Assembly (NCBI GenBank): GCA_036443455.1
Contig: JAZFYI010000197.1
Location: forward strand, 1 to 46,014
From: Gammaproteobacteria bacterium
GTDB taxonomy: Bacteria > Pseudomonadota > Gammaproteobacteria > Steroidobacterales > MnTg04
DNA: 46,014 bases
Direction of reading: 5' to 3'
This document shows, piece by piece, positions 36,513 through 45,683 of the stretch. Every line of letters begins with the position of its first letter. Position 1 is the first letter of the stretch. Position numbers and translations under genes: made by a program. Below the pieces are notes generated by a model. That model made no database searches. It saw nothing but the letters and a program-made list of their open reading frames with translations, and was not told the origin of the DNA.

Positions 36513-36716
36513 GTGGGCAAACGGATCGACACAAGCAGGCACAGTTATCGCGGAGACCTGGTGGGCCAGGGAATCACCGGTTCCACGAAAAAAAAACCGT
36601 CCCCGGAAACTGATTCCGATGCGGCGGAAAATGCGCCGGATGACGATTCCATGATAGACCAGATTTCGGGCGACCCCTACCTGGCTAATCTCATCAGAAA
36701 GCATCTGCAGGAATAA
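36513..36716 (+). CDS. hypothetical 67-aa hydrophilic protein
   Basis: ORF-track entry with a GTG start. The SD-like AGGAA is only 2 nt away, which makes this weak. Confidence 0.25.
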   Translation: MGKRIDTSRHSYRGDLVGQGITGSTKKKPSPETDSDAAENAPDDDSMIDQISGDPYLANLIRKHLQE

Positions 36717-36725
36717 GCCCCTTGC

Positions 36726-37553
36726 CTACTCGCCGGTGGCTTTTTCCGCCGGTTTGGTCAACGATCGCAGGAACTCCAGCAGACCCAGTTTATCGCCGAG
36801 GCGGGCAGCCGCGACCGGGCTAATGCTCTTCAGGACCATCAGCGGCCGCACCGGCATGCTGTTGACCAGGATTTCCGGCTTGTTCGATCGCAGCGCTTCG
36901 ACAACGGCCTCCGCGACCTGCCCGGGTGTGCAACTGCCGAGACTGCCGGGTGCATCGCGCCCCTTGCGCGCGAACATACCCGAGCCGGTGACGAAGCCCG
37001 GGCAAATGGTGGTTGCCGTTACGCCGGTACCTTGCAATTCCATCCACAATGACAGTGCCCATTCAGACAGCGCGGCCTTGGTACCCGAATAGGCGCTGCC
37101 GAAGGGCATCGCCAGCCGGCCCGCCATCGATGCGATGCTGATGATATGGCCGTCACTCCTTGCCAGCATCGCCGGCAGCAAAATACGCGTCAGCAGCAAT
37201 GGCGCCATCACGTTTATCAGCACAGTGGCCTGGATCTGATCCGGCTCCTGCCGTTGATAAGGGACGACATCCTCGAGACCGGCATTGTTGATCAGGATAT
37301 CTATCTGCCCCAGCGCGCCAACGGCTTTATCGGCGAGGTCTTCCAGTTCGTCCAGACGGGTCAGATCGGCAGTCGCCGTTTCGATACGCACCGACTCGGA
37401 GCGCAGCTCCGCCGACAATTCCCGGAGGCGATCCGCTCGTCGGCCGCTCAAAACCAGGTTTATTCCGTTCGCCGCCAGCGCTCTGGCGATGTGGGGCCCG
37501 ATGCCGCCGGTCGCACCGGTCAACAACGCGTTTTTGCCGCTCATTTGATTCAT
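36726..37553 (-). CDS. SDR family oxidoreductase
   Basis: LTGATGGIGPHIA, NNAG and YSGTKAAL motifs. Start ATG 37553 has GGGAG 5 nt upstream. Confidence 0.85.
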   Translation of the reverse strand: MNQMSGKNALLTGATGGIGPHIARALAANGINLVLSGRRADRLRELSAELRSESVRIETATADLTRLDELEDLADKAVGALGQIDILINNAGLEDVVPYQRQEPDQIQATVLINVMAPLLLTRILLPAMLARSDGHIISIASMAGRLAMPFGSAYSGTKAALSEWALSLWMELQGTGVTATTICPGFVTGSGMFARKGRDAPGSLGSCTPGQVAEAVVEALRSNKPEILVNSMPVRPLMVLKSISPVAAARLGDKLGLLEFLRSLTKPAEKATGE

Positions 37554-37624
37554 GCCGACTCCCGTCCGATTGTATTGGGCCACCCGCGGGTGACAGTGTA
37601 GTATTTGTTTGCTTGGAGAGGGCG

Positions 37625-38038
37625 ATGGATAGCAAAAAAAAACTGCATGCAGGACCGGGTAGTTCACCGCCGCCCGTTGCGGATGACCTGGAGTATCGGG
37701 TAACCCGGGAGAAGGCGACCGAAACTCCGTTTTCCGGCAAGCTGCTGTATAACAAGGCGGCAGGCACGTACGCTTGCGTCGCCTGCGGGAACCCTCTTTT
37801 CAGCTCGCAGACCAAGTATGACTCCGGGTCGGGTTGGCCAAGTTTCTGGTCGCCGCTGGCCGAGGGGAACGTTAAAACGAGCGCGGATAGCAGCCACAAT
37901 ATGCTGCGTATTGAAGTAAGCTGTGCGGACTGTGGTGCGCACCTCGGCCATGTCTTTGACGATGGCCCGCAACCCAGCGGCAAGCGGTTTTGTATCAACT
38001 CAGCCGCATTGAACTTTGCACCCCGGGAAGCATCCTGA
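37625..38038 (+). CDS. msrB: peptide-methionine (R)-S-oxide reductase
   Basis: Zinc CxxC pairs (CVACGNPLF, CADCGAHLGHVF), GWPSF and the catalytic RFCINS motif. Confidence 0.93.
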   Translation: MDSKKKLHAGPGSSPPPVADDLEYRVTREKATETPFSGKLLYNKAAGTYACVACGNPLFSSQTKYDSGSGWPSFWSPLAEGNVKTSADSSHNMLRIEVSCADCGAHLGHVFDDGPQPSGKRFCINSAALNFAPREAS

Positions 38039-38139
38039 TCGCTGGATGCCGGGCAATGCTTTGCCCCCGGCAGAACCAGTTGGCAACGGGTTTGTCCGAC
38101 ATTTACCGGCGCTGATGCGCCGATCAGAGAGGAAACACG

Positions 38140-38652
38140 ATGACAAACAAGATTGTATTGATGAGTTTCATACTGCTGGCGGCCTGTGGCTCGTCAATGG
38201 CGGAAGACGAAACGGCAGTAACCGCAAGGCAAGAGCCGGCGCAGCCGGAACAGGACGTATCGATCGTTGAATCAAGGGAGGCTCGGATGGAGTTGGTGGA
38301 ACTGGATAATGGCCTGAAATACCTGCCCCTGGCCGAAGGCGCGGGAGCGGCGATCGAGGCCGGACAGAGCGCAATGGTGCATTACACCGGCTGGTTATAT
38401 GACGAATCCCTGCCCGAGGGCAAAGGAGAGAAATTCGACAGTTCCCGTGACCGTGGCCAGCCGTTCAGTTTTCAGCTCGGCGCAGGCCGGGTCATCAAGG
38501 GGTGGGATCAGGGTGTGGCAGGCATGAAGGTGGGCGAGCGCCGCATGCTGATAATCCCGGCCGACCTCGGCTATGGCAGCCGCGGCGCCGGTGGCGTCAT
38601 TCCACCGGATGCGGACTTGCTGTTCGATGTCGAGTTACTGGGAATTCGTTGA
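38140..38652 (+). CDS. FKBP-type peptidyl-prolyl cis-trans isomerase, lipoprotein
   Basis: Lipobox LLAACGS. FKBP core is VHYTGWL...G.KFDSS.DRG.PF.F.LG.G.VI.GWD.G..GM..G..R.L.IP..LGYG. Confidence 0.88.
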   Translation: MTNKIVLMSFILLAACGSSMAEDETAVTARQEPAQPEQDVSIVESREARMELVELDNGLKYLPLAEGAGAAIEAGQSAMVHYTGWLYDESLPEGKGEKFDSSRDRGQPFSFQLGAGRVIKGWDQGVAGMKVGERRMLIIPADLGYGSRGAGGVIPPDADLLFDVELLGIR

Positions 38653-39176
38653 TGCCGGTTCGCTGGCTGATGGCGGCTTTGCTCATCGTCGTGTCACCCA
38701 GTACTTCGGCTGATCCGGCAACCGCCGATACCGATGTGCCGCTGCGAAATTACCATGTGATTTCAGAACGGCTGGGTACCGGCGGTACCTTGTATGCCGG
38801 CGGGGTAAGTTGGTTGGCGGCGAATGGCTACCAGATGATCGTCGACCTGCGGGATGGATTCGACGAGATCGAAGCGAACGCGGTGCTGGCCCAGGGTGCA
38901 ACCTATGTGCACGTACCCGTCAGCTGGCACGCACCATCGGCTGCCGAACTCGAAACGTTTCTCCTGGTGATGGCCGCCAACCCCGAGAAAAAAATCCTGG
39001 TCCACTGTTCTGCCAATTACCGCGCATCGGCGATGACCTATCTTTACCGTGTACTCGAACTCGACGCGGACCCGGAAGAGGCCATGGCCGATGTCCGCGC
39101 GGTCTGGGAACCAAACGAAACCTGGCTGAGTTTTTTCGCCAGGTCGATCGATCCACGAGCATCAGCAACGAAATAA
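38652..39176 (+). CDS. secreted CX5R phosphatase-fold protein (dual-specificity / DUF442-like)
   Basis: Signal peptide [29 protein letters not shown] matches the HCx5R(S/T) P-loop. The ATG overlaps the FKBP stop (TGATG). Confidence 0.6.
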   Translation: MPVRWLMAALLIVVSPSTSADPATADTDVPLRNYHVISERLGTGGTLYAGGVSWLAANGYQMIVDLRDGFDEIEANAVLAQGATYVHVPVSWHAPSAAELETFLLVMAANPEKKILVHCSANYRASAMTYLYRVLELDADPEEAMADVRAVWEPNETWLSFFARSIDPRASATK

Positions 39177-39193
39177 ACAGAAGGGAAGAAAAC

Positions 39194-40504
39194 ATGCATG
39201 GAAGGATTACTGGATGGGCGATCGGCGCAATGCTCGCGATGCTGGCCCAGGCCGTTGACGCGAGTACATTTATCCATGCCGGTCGGCTGATCGATGGCGT
39301 TGCCAAAAATACTCGCTCCACGATGACCATCGTCATCGATGGTGAAAGGATTACCGCAGTCGAGGACGGGTTTCTGCAGCCCGATGACGGCGATACGTTG
39401 ATCGACCTGTCGGCCCAGACGGTGCTGCCCGGGCTGATGGATATGCACACCCACCTGGATCACCAGAATAATCGCCGCAGCTACATGGAACGGTTCACGC
39501 TGAATGGCGCGGATTATGCGTTGATGGCGGCGTATTACGCGAAAGTCACCTTAAATGCCGGATTTACGACGGTTCGTGACCTGGGCGGGTCGTACAACGC
39601 CGCCATCGCGTTGCGCAAGGCGATCAAACGCGGCGAAGCAACCGGGCCGAGAATATTCAGCGCCGGGAAATCGATTGCCACGACCGGTGGCCATGGCGAC
39701 CCGACCAATAGCTGGGCAGAGATCCTGGGAGGACACCCGGGCCCGGCCGATGGCGTCGTCAACGGGCCGGCGGAGGCGTCACAGGCAGTCAGGCAACGGT
39801 ACAAGGATGGCGTCGATCTGATAAAAATTACCGCGACCGGCGGCGTTTTGAGTCCTGCGAAAAACGGTCAGAATCCACAGTTCAGGGACGAGGAACTCAA
39901 TGCGCTGATGGCAACAGCGAATGACTATGGTTTTCATGTCGCCGCGCACGCGCACGGCGCCGAGGGCATGAAGAGAGCCATACGCGCCGGGGTCAGGAGT
40001 ATCGAGCACGGCACCTATATGGATGATGAAGTCATCGCCCTGATGAAAAAGTACGGTACCTATTATGTGCCGACGATTTCAGCCGGAGAATTTATTGCCG
40101 AGAAAGCCGCGGAGCCGGGTTATTTTCCCGATGTGGTCAGAGTCAAGGCGGCGGCTATCGGCCCGGTTATCCAAAGGACATTCGCCAGGGCGTACAAAAA
40201 AGGCGTGACCATCGCTTTTGGCACCGATAGCGGCGTCGGACCCCATGGCTCTAATGCCAGGGAATTCGTTTACATGGTTGAAGCCGGCATGCCGGCCATG
40301 GAAGCGATCATGTCGGCGACTTCGGTCGCGGCCGAGTTGCTCGAGGAGACGGAAAATCTGGGATCGATACGCGCCGGCAGGTATGCCGATATCATCGCGG
40401 TCGACGCAAACCCGTTAAAAGATATCTCGGCGTTGCAGGACATCGTGTTTGTCATGCAAGGCGGGGTCGTGGTCAAAGACGAGACTCGGCGCAAGGAATT
40501 CTAG
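39194..40504 (+). CDS. periplasmic amidohydrolase family protein (COG1228-like)
   Basis: Signal peptide present. Metal ligands are DMHTHL (HxH), HAHG, IEHG and FGTDSG. Confidence 0.85.
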   Translation: MHGRITGWAIGAMLAMLAQAVDASTFIHAGRLIDGVAKNTRSTMTIVIDGERITAVEDGFLQPDDGDTLIDLSAQTVLPGLMDMHTHLDHQNNRRSYMERFTLNGADYALMAAYYAKVTLNAGFTTVRDLGGSYNAAIALRKAIKRGEATGPRIFSAGKSIATTGGHGDPTNSWAEILGGHPGPADGVVNGPAEASQAVRQRYKDGVDLIKITATGGVLSPAKNGQNPQFRDEELNALMATANDYGFHVAAHAHGAEGMKRAIRAGVRSIEHGTYMDDEVIALMKKYGTYYVPTISAGEFIAEKAAEPGYFPDVVRVKAAAIGPVIQRTFARAYKKGVTIAFGTDSGVGPHGSNAREFVYMVEAGMPAMEAIMSATSVAAELLEETENLGSIRAGRYADIIAVDANPLKDISALQDIVFVMQGGVVVKDETRRKEF

Positions 40505-40508
40505 GGAA

Positions 40509-40973
40509 TTGGTCAAGGCGTACAGAATACTGGGATCATCCGTGGCTGCAACCGTCGTGGTTTTTTTGCTGATGACGACTGGCCTCTGGATTTATGGTCT
40601 GTTCGATGATCCTGAGGAGGATGGGCTGGTTGTGCACCCGGTCAGCTTGCTCGATGACTTTAGACGCCGGGAGCTGGCCAGTGAACTCGGCGAGGATCGT
40701 CCGCCACCGATGCCCGTGGCCGTGGACAGACTCGAATTGCCCGGCATGGACACGGATATCGCCGGTCGCGGTTTTGTCGAGCTGGAAGTCCTGGTCAGTG
40801 GCGATGGCAGCGTCACTAATGTTCGGGTCATCGACTCTTTCCCGCAGGGCATCTATGAAGAACAGGCGATCCAGGAAGTACGTCAGCGGCGGTTCGAACC
40901 GCCACCGCCGGGCACGGATACCATGACTCGCGTTGAAGTCGTCGAGTTCAGCGTCGCGGATGACGGTTCATAA
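40509..40973 (+). CDS. membrane-anchored TonB C-terminal domain protein
   Basis: One TM helix (SSVAATVVVFLLMTTGLWIYGLF), a short PPPMP linker, then GFVELEVLVSGDGSVTNVRVIDSFPQGIYEEQAIQEVRQRRFEP (TonB_C). The start is uncertain: TTG 40509 is chosen, and ATG 40449 would overlap the upstream gene. Confidence 0.55.
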   Translation: MVKAYRILGSSVAATVVVFLLMTTGLWIYGLFDDPEEDGLVVHPVSLLDDFRRRELASELGEDRPPPMPVAVDRLELPGMDTDIAGRGFVELEVLVSGDGSVTNVRVIDSFPQGIYEEQAIQEVRQRRFEPPPPGTDTMTRVEVVEFSVADDGS

Positions 40974-40998
40974 ATCGGCGCCGGCGCCTGAAGGTTTT

Positions 40999-41631
40999 TC
41001 AACGGCCTGCCAGCCCGGGGTTGAGCGTATAGCTGCCGATTACCCGCGCCTCTTCGATGATGTGTCCTTTTATGGCTGCGCGGACATCGCCGCCGGTAAA
41101 TCTGGCGTCCACGGGGCAGCGTTCGAGATCTGTTGCATACAGGACGAAATGATAGTGATGGAGCAGGCTGTCGTTCCACGGTGGGCACGGGCCATCGTAA
41201 CCGAAATAATCACCCGCCATTTTCTCATCGCCGGCAAACCAGCTCGTGTAGTCATTGATACCCTGGCGCGAACCCTCCGGGCCCGGCGGTTGTTTTTTCC
41301 CGCCGGTGGTAATGCCGTCTGAGCAAAACCCACCGGCAATGCCGCCGACCGATGGCGGGATATCCACCATCACCCAGTGGTAAAAATCGGCACGCGGCAG
41401 ATCCGGGGGAATTTCTCTCCCCTCCTGGTTGACATCATCGGCTTTGCTGGGCACATCGACATCGACGCACAGCAACACCAGCGAACGGGTGCCGGCGGGC
41501 AGTGCATTCCATTCCAGGGTCGGGTTGCGGTTGGCGCTGAGCCTGACATGCTTTTTCGCATCGATGACGCCGAAGGCCAAATCGCCGGGTATGGCGTGCT
41601 GGTCCTCAAACTCTTCAATCCGCAGGTACAT
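40999..41631 (-). CDS. YbhB/YbcL (PEBP / Raf-kinase-inhibitor-like) family protein
   Basis: NPTLEW...SLVLLCVDVDVP...FYHWVMVDIP...GYDGPCPP...HHYHFVLYA are PEBP motifs. GGGAGA SD upstream. Confidence 0.85.
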   Translation of the reverse strand: MYLRIEEFEDQHAIPGDLAFGVIDAKKHVRLSANRNPTLEWNALPAGTRSLVLLCVDVDVPSKADDVNQEGREIPPDLPRADFYHWVMVDIPPSVGGIAGGFCSDGITTGGKKQPPGPEGSRQGINDYTSWFAGDEKMAGDYFGYDGPCPPWNDSLLHHYHFVLYATDLERCPVDARFTGGDVRAAIKGHIIEEARVIGSYTLNPGLAGR

Positions 41632-41664
41632 GAGTCTTCTCCCTCGGGTTGCCGCCGGCCGCTC

Positions 41665-42882
41665 TCAGGATGCCTTGGCGACCCGATCCATGTCGGCCAG
41701 CACATCCCTGATCTGATCGCTTGCCCAGGCGAGCTGTTCGCGGTTTACGATCAGCGGTGGTGCGAAACGGACCACGGTTTCATGCGTTTCCTTGCTCAGC
41801 AGGCCCTTTTTCATCAGGCGTTCGCAGACTTCCCTGGCCGTCGCCAGCGCCGGGTCGATTTCCATGCCGATGAACAACCCCTTGCCACGCAGATCGCTGA
41901 CCAGTGGACTCTTGATGGTCTGCAACAGACCGAGGAAGTATGCGCCCATTTCCCGGCTGCGCTCGACCAGCTTTTCCTCGACCAGGATATTGAGCGCTTC
42001 GAGACCCACGGCGGCAGCCAGCGCATTGCCGCCAAAAGTGCTGCCATGCGTTCCGGCTTGAAAAACTTCCATCACTTCACGTTTGGCCAGGAACAACGAT
42101 ACCGGGAGGATACCGCCGCCCAGCGCCTTGCCCAGTATCAAGCCATCGGGTTTGACGTCGTCGTGCTCACAGGCAAGCAGCTTGCCGGTGCGACCGAGAC
42201 CGGTCTGCACTTCGTCGCAAATCAGCAGAACATTGTTCGCGCGACAGATTTCGGCGCATCGACGCAAATAACCATCCGGCGGAATATTGATGCCGCCTTC
42301 ACCCTGGATCGGTTCGACCAGGAAAGCCGCCGTATTCTTGTCGATCGCCGCTTCGAGCGCTGCCGGGTCGCCATAGGCGATGGTCCGCATGCCGCTGGAA
42401 AACGGACCGAAACCCGCCTGGTACCCAGGGTCGGATGACAGGCTGACGATAGCAATGGTCCGGCCGTGAAAATTGCCCTCGCAAGCGATAATTTCGGCCC
42501 GGTCCCGGTCCACGCCCTTGACCTCATAGGCCCATTTGCGTGCCGCCTTGAGCGCAGTTTCAACGGCTTCCGAACCGGTGTTCATCGGCAGGGCCATGTC
42601 CTGGCCGGTCAGTTCACAGGCGCGTTCGAGGAAGCCAGCCAGCTTGTCGGTATGAAAAGCCCGCGACACAATACTCAAGGTTGCTGCCTGTGCGCTGAGG
42701 ACCTTTACCAGCCGCGGATTCGCATGGCCATGACTGACTGCCGAATAGGCGCTCATCATGTCGACGTATTTATTGCCCTCGTCGTCCCAGACATGGACTC
42801 CCTCGCCACGAACCAGCACCACCGGCAACGGGTGGTAATTGGGTGCGCAATACCGGTTTTCGAGTTCTATCGTTGAATTCAT
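41665..42882 (-). CDS. rocD: ornithine--oxo-acid aminotransferase (class III PLP aminotransferase)
   Basis: ENRYCAPNYHPLPVVL..., GSEAVE, DEVQTGLGRTG and the PLP-Lys context LGKALGGG. GGAGG SD before ATG 42882. Confidence 0.88.
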   Translation of the reverse strand: MNSTIELENRYCAPNYHPLPVVLVRGEGVHVWDDEGNKYVDMMSAYSAVSHGHANPRLVKVLSAQAATLSIVSRAFHTDKLAGFLERACELTGQDMALPMNTGSEAVETALKAARKWAYEVKGVDRDRAEIIACEGNFHGRTIAIVSLSSDPGYQAGFGPFSSGMRTIAYGDPAALEAAIDKNTAAFLVEPIQGEGGINIPPDGYLRRCAEICRANNVLLICDEVQTGLGRTGKLLACEHDDVKPDGLILGKALGGGILPVSLFLAKREVMEVFQAGTHGSTFGGNALAAAVGLEALNILVEEKLVERSREMGAYFLGLLQTIKSPLVSDLRGKGLFIGMEIDPALATAREVCERLMKKGLLSKETHETVVRFAPPLIVNREQLAWASDQIRDVLADMDRVAKAS

Positions 42883-43123
42883 GAATTCCTCCGCAGGTGG
42901 GTTTGCCAGCCGGCGTGGCCACGGCAGGCAGGCAGGTGATTTTAGGGCATACGCCACCTCCATTTCCAGCTATGCGGATGGTGCCGGGTGTGCCGGCAGC
43001 CAGACGGCATGTAATACTTGCCCGGCCGCATTTGCCGGGGGTACAGCTTGCACGAAACAGACCTCCTTCCTGGACCGGAACGGACGCCGGATCCGAAGGC
43101 GGAAAAACGGGAGTCAGCGAAAA

Positions 43124-43774
43124 ATGATACGGCTACCCAAAGCTGAGCGCGTTATCGTGCGGGGTCCGGCCGGTGGCCTGGAATCGATACTGGAAGTTCC
43201 CGAGCTGCAGATCGAAAAAATTGCCGTCGTTTGTCACCCGCATCCTTTGTATCACGGCACCATGAACAACAAGGTCGTGCATACACTGGCGCGGACCTTC
43301 CAGCGCATGGGCGTCGCCTGTCTGCGATTCAATTTTCGTGGCGTTGGCGCCAGCAGTGGCGCCTATGACGAAGGCCAGGGTGAAACACGGGACGCGCTGG
43401 CGGCAGCCAGTTTCATGCGCGACCGGTTTCCAAAGGCGAAACTATGGATGGCGGGATTCTCCTTTGGCGGCGCAGTCGCCTTAACGGCCGCCCGGCTGGC
43501 ATCGGCGGACCTGCTGGTGACCGTGGCGCCGGCGTTGGAAAAAATGGCGGCAGTACAGACTACGATTCCCGACTGCCCGTGGCTGCTCATCCATGGCGAC
43601 GAGGACACCACGGTCAGTTGCCGGGGGAACATCGAATGGGTGAGCAAACTGGATCATCCGCCGGAGATTTATATTGCCCGCGGAGTCGATCATTTTTTTC
43701 ATGGCAAACTGAACCTCCTGCGCGATGTCGTAAACGAGAGACTGGAGAAAATGGGCGTAATTCAAAGCGGGTAA
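43124..43774 (+). CDS. alpha/beta hydrolase (about 216 aa, BAAT/DLH-like)
   Basis: Nucleophile elbow GFSFGG, with HGDEDTTV and DHFFHG for Asp/His. The start is chosen at ATG 43124. Confidence 0.75.
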   Translation: MIRLPKAERVIVRGPAGGLESILEVPELQIEKIAVVCHPHPLYHGTMNNKVVHTLARTFQRMGVACLRFNFRGVGASSGAYDEGQGETRDALAAASFMRDRFPKAKLWMAGFSFGGAVALTAARLASADLLVTVAPALEKMAAVQTTIPDCPWLLIHGDEDTTVSCRGNIEWVSKLDHPPEIYIARGVDHFFHGKLNLLRDVVNERLEKMGVIQSG

Positions 43775-43799
43775 CAGATCACCAAAGACGGAGCTGAAC

Positions 43800-44270
43800 A
43801 TGCTGAAATCGGTTTTTATCGCGATAAAAAAACAGTTTGACGTGGCTGACGAGGAGCACGGCGGGAATCATGAAAATGCGCTGCGCCTGGCGACAGCGGC
43901 GCTGCTTGTGGAGATGGGCCGGGCCGATCATTACAGCGATGGCGATGAGGCGGCGTTGATACTGGAGCTATTGCGCGAGCATTTCGTGATGGAATCTGAA
44001 GACGTCGGCGATCTTTATGAGTTTGCCACCGAGAAGGCCGACCAGGTCGTGTCCTTGCATGAGCTGACCAGCCTGCTGCATCGATCGCTCGACGAGGACG
44101 AGCGGGGCAGATTGCTTGAGATGATGTGGCGGATAGCCTATGCCGACAAACGCCTGGATCCGCTGGAAGACTCGCTGGTCAGAAAAGTGGCCAACTTGCT
44201 TTATGTGCGCAATACCAGCCTGATGAAAATTCGCGAGCGGGTCAGGTCTGCTATCCCGGATTATTCATGA
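43800..44270 (+). CDS. TerB-family (tellurite-resistance-like) protein
   Basis: ALLVEMGRADHYSDGDE...MMWRIAYADKRLDPLEDSLVRKVANLL is a typical TerB repeat pattern. Confidence 0.7.
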   Translation: MLKSVFIAIKKQFDVADEEHGGNHENALRLATAALLVEMGRADHYSDGDEAALILELLREHFVMESEDVGDLYEFATEKADQVVSLHELTSLLHRSLDEDERGRLLEMMWRIAYADKRLDPLEDSLVRKVANLLYVRNTSLMKIRERVRSAIPDYS

Positions 44271-44280
44271 ATAAGCCGGG

Positions 44281-44829
44281 CTAGCCCAGCGCCATGAGCA
44301 GCGCCTGCAAGCCGATCAAGACAAACAACGGCGCCAGGTCGAGCCCGCCGATCGGCGGTATCAGGCGGCGTACCGGTCTGATCAGCGGTTCGGTCAGCGA
44401 GTTCAGGATCGCGCCGATCGGGTTATAGCCACCTTTGCTGACCCAACTGAGTATCGCCCTGACCAGCACCGCGAAGAAAAACAGGCGAATGGTGTTGAGG
44501 GCCAGTCTTCGCAGGACAATGAGCAACAGCAATCCGGTTGCTGGTACCGGGTTGCCACTGAGCGTAATTAGAACCAGCGTAAGAACCAGTTCCAGCAGCA
44601 GTGCCACCAGCACGGTCGCCAGATCCAGACCCCTCCACCCCGGTATGACTTTCCTGACCGGGCGGATAAGCGGCCCGGTGACCGCCACGATGAATTGCGA
44701 CAGGGGATTGTGGAAGTCTGCCCTGACCCATTGCATCAGAAAGCGCAGCAAGTAACAGCTGATATAAAGTTCGCCGATCGTGGATACGAGGAAAGAGAAT
44801 GCCTGCAACATGTTGTTGGATACCTGCAT
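44281..44829 (-). CDS. yggT: YggT family membrane protein
   Basis: Duplicated YGGT motif: NPLSQFIVAVTGPLIRPVRKVIP and NPIGAILNSLTEPLIRPVRRLIP. The start is ambiguous (44871, 44829 or 44811). Confidence 0.85.
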   Translation of the reverse strand: MQVSNNMLQAFSFLVSTIGELYISCYLLRFLMQWVRADFHNPLSQFIVAVTGPLIRPVRKVIPGWRGLDLATVLVALLLELVLTLVLITLSGNPVPATGLLLLIVLRRLALNTIRLFFFAVLVRAILSWVSKGGYNPIGAILNSLTEPLIRPVRRLIPPIGGLDLAPLFVLIGLQALLMALG

Positions 44830-44878
44830 GCGATTGGGCTGCCAAGATAGCATGGCGGCCCTGCATTTCAATCGCTGG

Positions 44879-45583
44879 CTAGGTCTGTGGATCGATCCCG
44901 GAGGGGCGCAGCCCGAATACGGCGGTACCCAGGCGCACCAGCGTCGAGCCCTCCGCTATTGCAGCTTCCAGGTCATTGCTCATGCCCATCGACAACGTGT
45001 CGAAACCGAGGCCCAGCTGGTTGAGTTCGTTCTGCAAGCTGGCGAGGCGGGCGAACCAATGACGCTGACGGGATGATTCCTGGCTTGCCGGCGGTATGCA
45101 CATCAGGCCACGCAGCCGCAACCTGGGAAGCGCTGCGACCTGGCTCGCCAGATCGGCAAGACGATCCGGCTGCACGCCCGATTTGCCACTTTCGTCGGAC
45201 AGGGAAACCTGTAAACAGACATCGAGATCCGTTTGTTCGGGCGGGCGATGCGCGCTCAGTTTTTTCGCCACCTTGAGACGATCGATGCTGTGGACCCAGT
45301 CGAAGCAGGCAGCGATTTCGCGGGTCTTGTTGCTTTGGATGTGGCCGATGAAATGCCATTGGATATCGAGATTCTGCAACTGTCGCTGCTTGCCCAGCGC
45401 TTCCTGCACAAAATTTTCGCCAAAAGCTTTCTGACCTGCCTCGAAGGCGACCCGAATCGCAGCGGCGGGATGTTTCTTGCTGACCGCCAGCAGATTCACT
45501 TCTGCGGGGTCGCGGCCGCATCTATCGCAGGCTTGCTGGATTCTCTGGCGGATTTTCAACAGGTTCTGTGTGACGTTCGTCAT
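44879..45583 (-). CDS. yggS: YggS family pyridoxal-phosphate homeostasis protein
   Basis: LLAVSKKHP (PLP Lys), FGENFVQE, WHFIGHIQSNK and LSMGMSNDLEAAI. Confidence 0.92.
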   Translation of the reverse strand: MTNVTQNLLKIRQRIQQACDRCGRDPAEVNLLAVSKKHPAAAIRVAFEAGQKAFGENFVQEALGKQRQLQNLDIQWHFIGHIQSNKTREIAACFDWVHSIDRLKVAKKLSAHRPPEQTDLDVCLQVSLSDESGKSGVQPDRLADLASQVAALPRLRLRGLMCIPPASQESSRQRHWFARLASLQNELNQLGLGFDTLSMGMSNDLEAAIAEGSTLVRLGTAVFGLRPSGIDPQT

Positions 45584-45683
45584 GTTTTACTTAAGCTGGG
45601 TTGGTTATACTGAGTCTCGTTGGAATCAGACAATAGTGGGCTGATAAAACCATATTTAACGCATAGATCATAGGGATTTCGAT

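Noticed and set aside
38810-39193. N-terminal extensions in several ORF-track entries: 38810 for the amidohydrolase, 38502 for the phosphatase-like gene, 32220 for the M49-like gene, 17358 for the aminopeptidase, and 42839 for the hydrolase.
   Set aside because: The extensions overlap the preceding recognised genes and translate to low-complexity sequence. Internal ATGs followed by signal peptides or lipoboxes, or preceded by SD sequences, give sensible proteins.
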